This document shows, piece after piece, positions 62,534 to 64,000 of a stretch of 64,000 nucleotides of DNA. Within the stretch, counting starts at the first letter, position 1. Every line of letters starts with the position of its first letter. The translations under genes were made by a program, and so were the position numbers. Origin of the DNA: Raillietiella orientalis (lineage: Eukaryota). The stretch lies in assembly GCA_036172245.1 (NCBI GenBank), contig JAYWIR010000001.1, positions 1,984,001-2,048,000 on the forward strand, read 5' to 3'. The notes under the pieces were generated by a model that had not been told where the DNA came from, did no database searches, and worked only from the letters and a program-made list of their open reading frames with translations.

Positions 62534-64000
62534 CTGTAAAGACGTTCTGTTAAACCTTTAGATCCACTCTTTCACTCTTCCAATTTTATTGATCAAATAA
62601 GTCCCGGGAATAAAGCTGAAGGTGGAGGCTGAATAACCTCCTTCCCGCGTCTTATTGAGAGACCACGGGCAAGGAAGACAGATGTTGCAGTGTTACTGTG
62701 CACCCACATGAACGCTCGTTTCCTCCCTAAAGGTATGATTTACAGGTATGGTTTTTCTTCCCGAAAATGATCGAATGAACAACAGGAAAGATCCTGAGCA
62801 CCTCCAAGGCATCAGCCGTCCTGAGGCTGCAAAATGGAATCGCCAGCTGATTTCTTCCGATCTGTCTCCTGAGATTTCGCTGGAACGTTCTCATTTCCAG
62901 TTTTTCCGGATGACCATCTGTTCGAGGAACGCCTGATCGCCTGGCTGTTGCCGGTCGGACCGACTGCACCGCAAGACACACCGAACACGAAAAAGTGACA
63001 TCTTAGTGCCAAGGGGCAATACATCTAACGTGGGGGCGCTCGGGTCTTCCACGCTTGAAAATAGAACTAGATCAGGTTTCTAACGCTAGCGGATGGATAT
63101 GGTGTTCAAGTGGATTCCTTGTAAGCAGGCACTTTTCTCCTGCCAATCAATCCTCGATAACTTGCGAGATGCCTATCTTCCAGGAGATGGAGGTGTTGTC
63201 CCAAGACGAAGCCTCGTCGTCGCCTTGGACGGCCTCCTGTTTTGACGATGCACGTTGCAACCTCCATCGAAACCCTTTGCTTTCAGTGCGGCTCGTCGAA
63301 GCACAACAAAAAGCACACCACAGACGGAAGATTCCGTGCCCCCACAGCCTGCTTTCGAATGTGCAGAGAAGCGATCCGATTTCGGTGGACCGTCGGCGAC
63401 GCAGCCAGGTGCCCGCACGCGACGCTGTCCCGGACCCGGCCTGGGCCGGGCTCACCGGATGACCCAAGCGCGCACCCCAAATACTTGGCACATCTTCGGA
63501 ACCCGCACGTTCCCGCGAACCCGCCGCCGGAAAGAGAGTTCGGCAACAGTGGGGCAGGAAACGGGACTCGCACATCCGCCAGCGACCACGGGCGCGGCGC
63601 AGGAAAGGAGGAACGTTCGAGAAAAATTCCGGGCAGCATCCAGGCCCTGGACGACCGCCACCGCCTGGACGCCACCGCGGTGGTCCACCCCCGCGCCGTC
63701 AGAAGGGGCGGGAACACCCCGGGCTCGCAAAATCCACAGCTGCTCTCAGAAGGACGCAGCGCGCAGGCACCGGCGACCACGGCACAGGGTGGATTTCCGC
63801 GAGAGGTGGACCAATGTTTCGACTCTGGTGCACGCGGCAAGCAGCCGACACCACCACCACATGCCTGGGGATGCCGCCATCAGCGTGTGTCAATTCCTGG
63901 TTACATGCTCTCCTACGGGATTGGAGGAGGAGCAGACCCGGAATTTTTCTTTTCCGTTAGAACCTCTCGAGGGTTTTTCATGCACGAATGCACAAAATAC

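Overview
Eukaryotic, intron-rich DNA, most likely from an arthropod: the ABCG pair has the N-termini typical of arthropod ABCG5/ABCG8-like proteins and most introns are 37-65 nt. The six-frame ORF track is mostly GC-rich noise, so genes were rebuilt by hand from GT-AG junctions with codon phase checked. Four complete gene models result: CFAP57/WDR65 (+, 804-12119, 16 exons, about 1224 aa); an ABCG5-like half transporter (-, 39292-17161, 10 exons, about 629 aa, 13.2-kb intron) head-to-head with an ABCG8-like half transporter (+, 42631-47748, 8 exons, about 816 aa); and a TTF1/Reb1/DMTF1-like Myb protein with 31 copies of an xNDEP pentapeptide (-, 54955-52949). There is also a partial Shisa/WBP1-like membrane protein (-, about 62.1-62.5 kb) and a possible divergent gene start at the left edge. 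Repeats include a tRNA-derived SINE family (3 copies, one with a 13-bp TSD), three very AT-rich foldback-like islands with shared termini, a CAGGGTTGCCAA-ended MITE, several decayed LINE fragments, a 107-bp tandem array between the ABCG genes and a possible NUMT. Most notable: both ABCG subunits appear to lack canonical ATPase motifs; the AT-island family; a perfect 24-bp intronic hairpin; and frequent AAG acceptors. No database searches were run, so homology calls rest on remembered family motifs.
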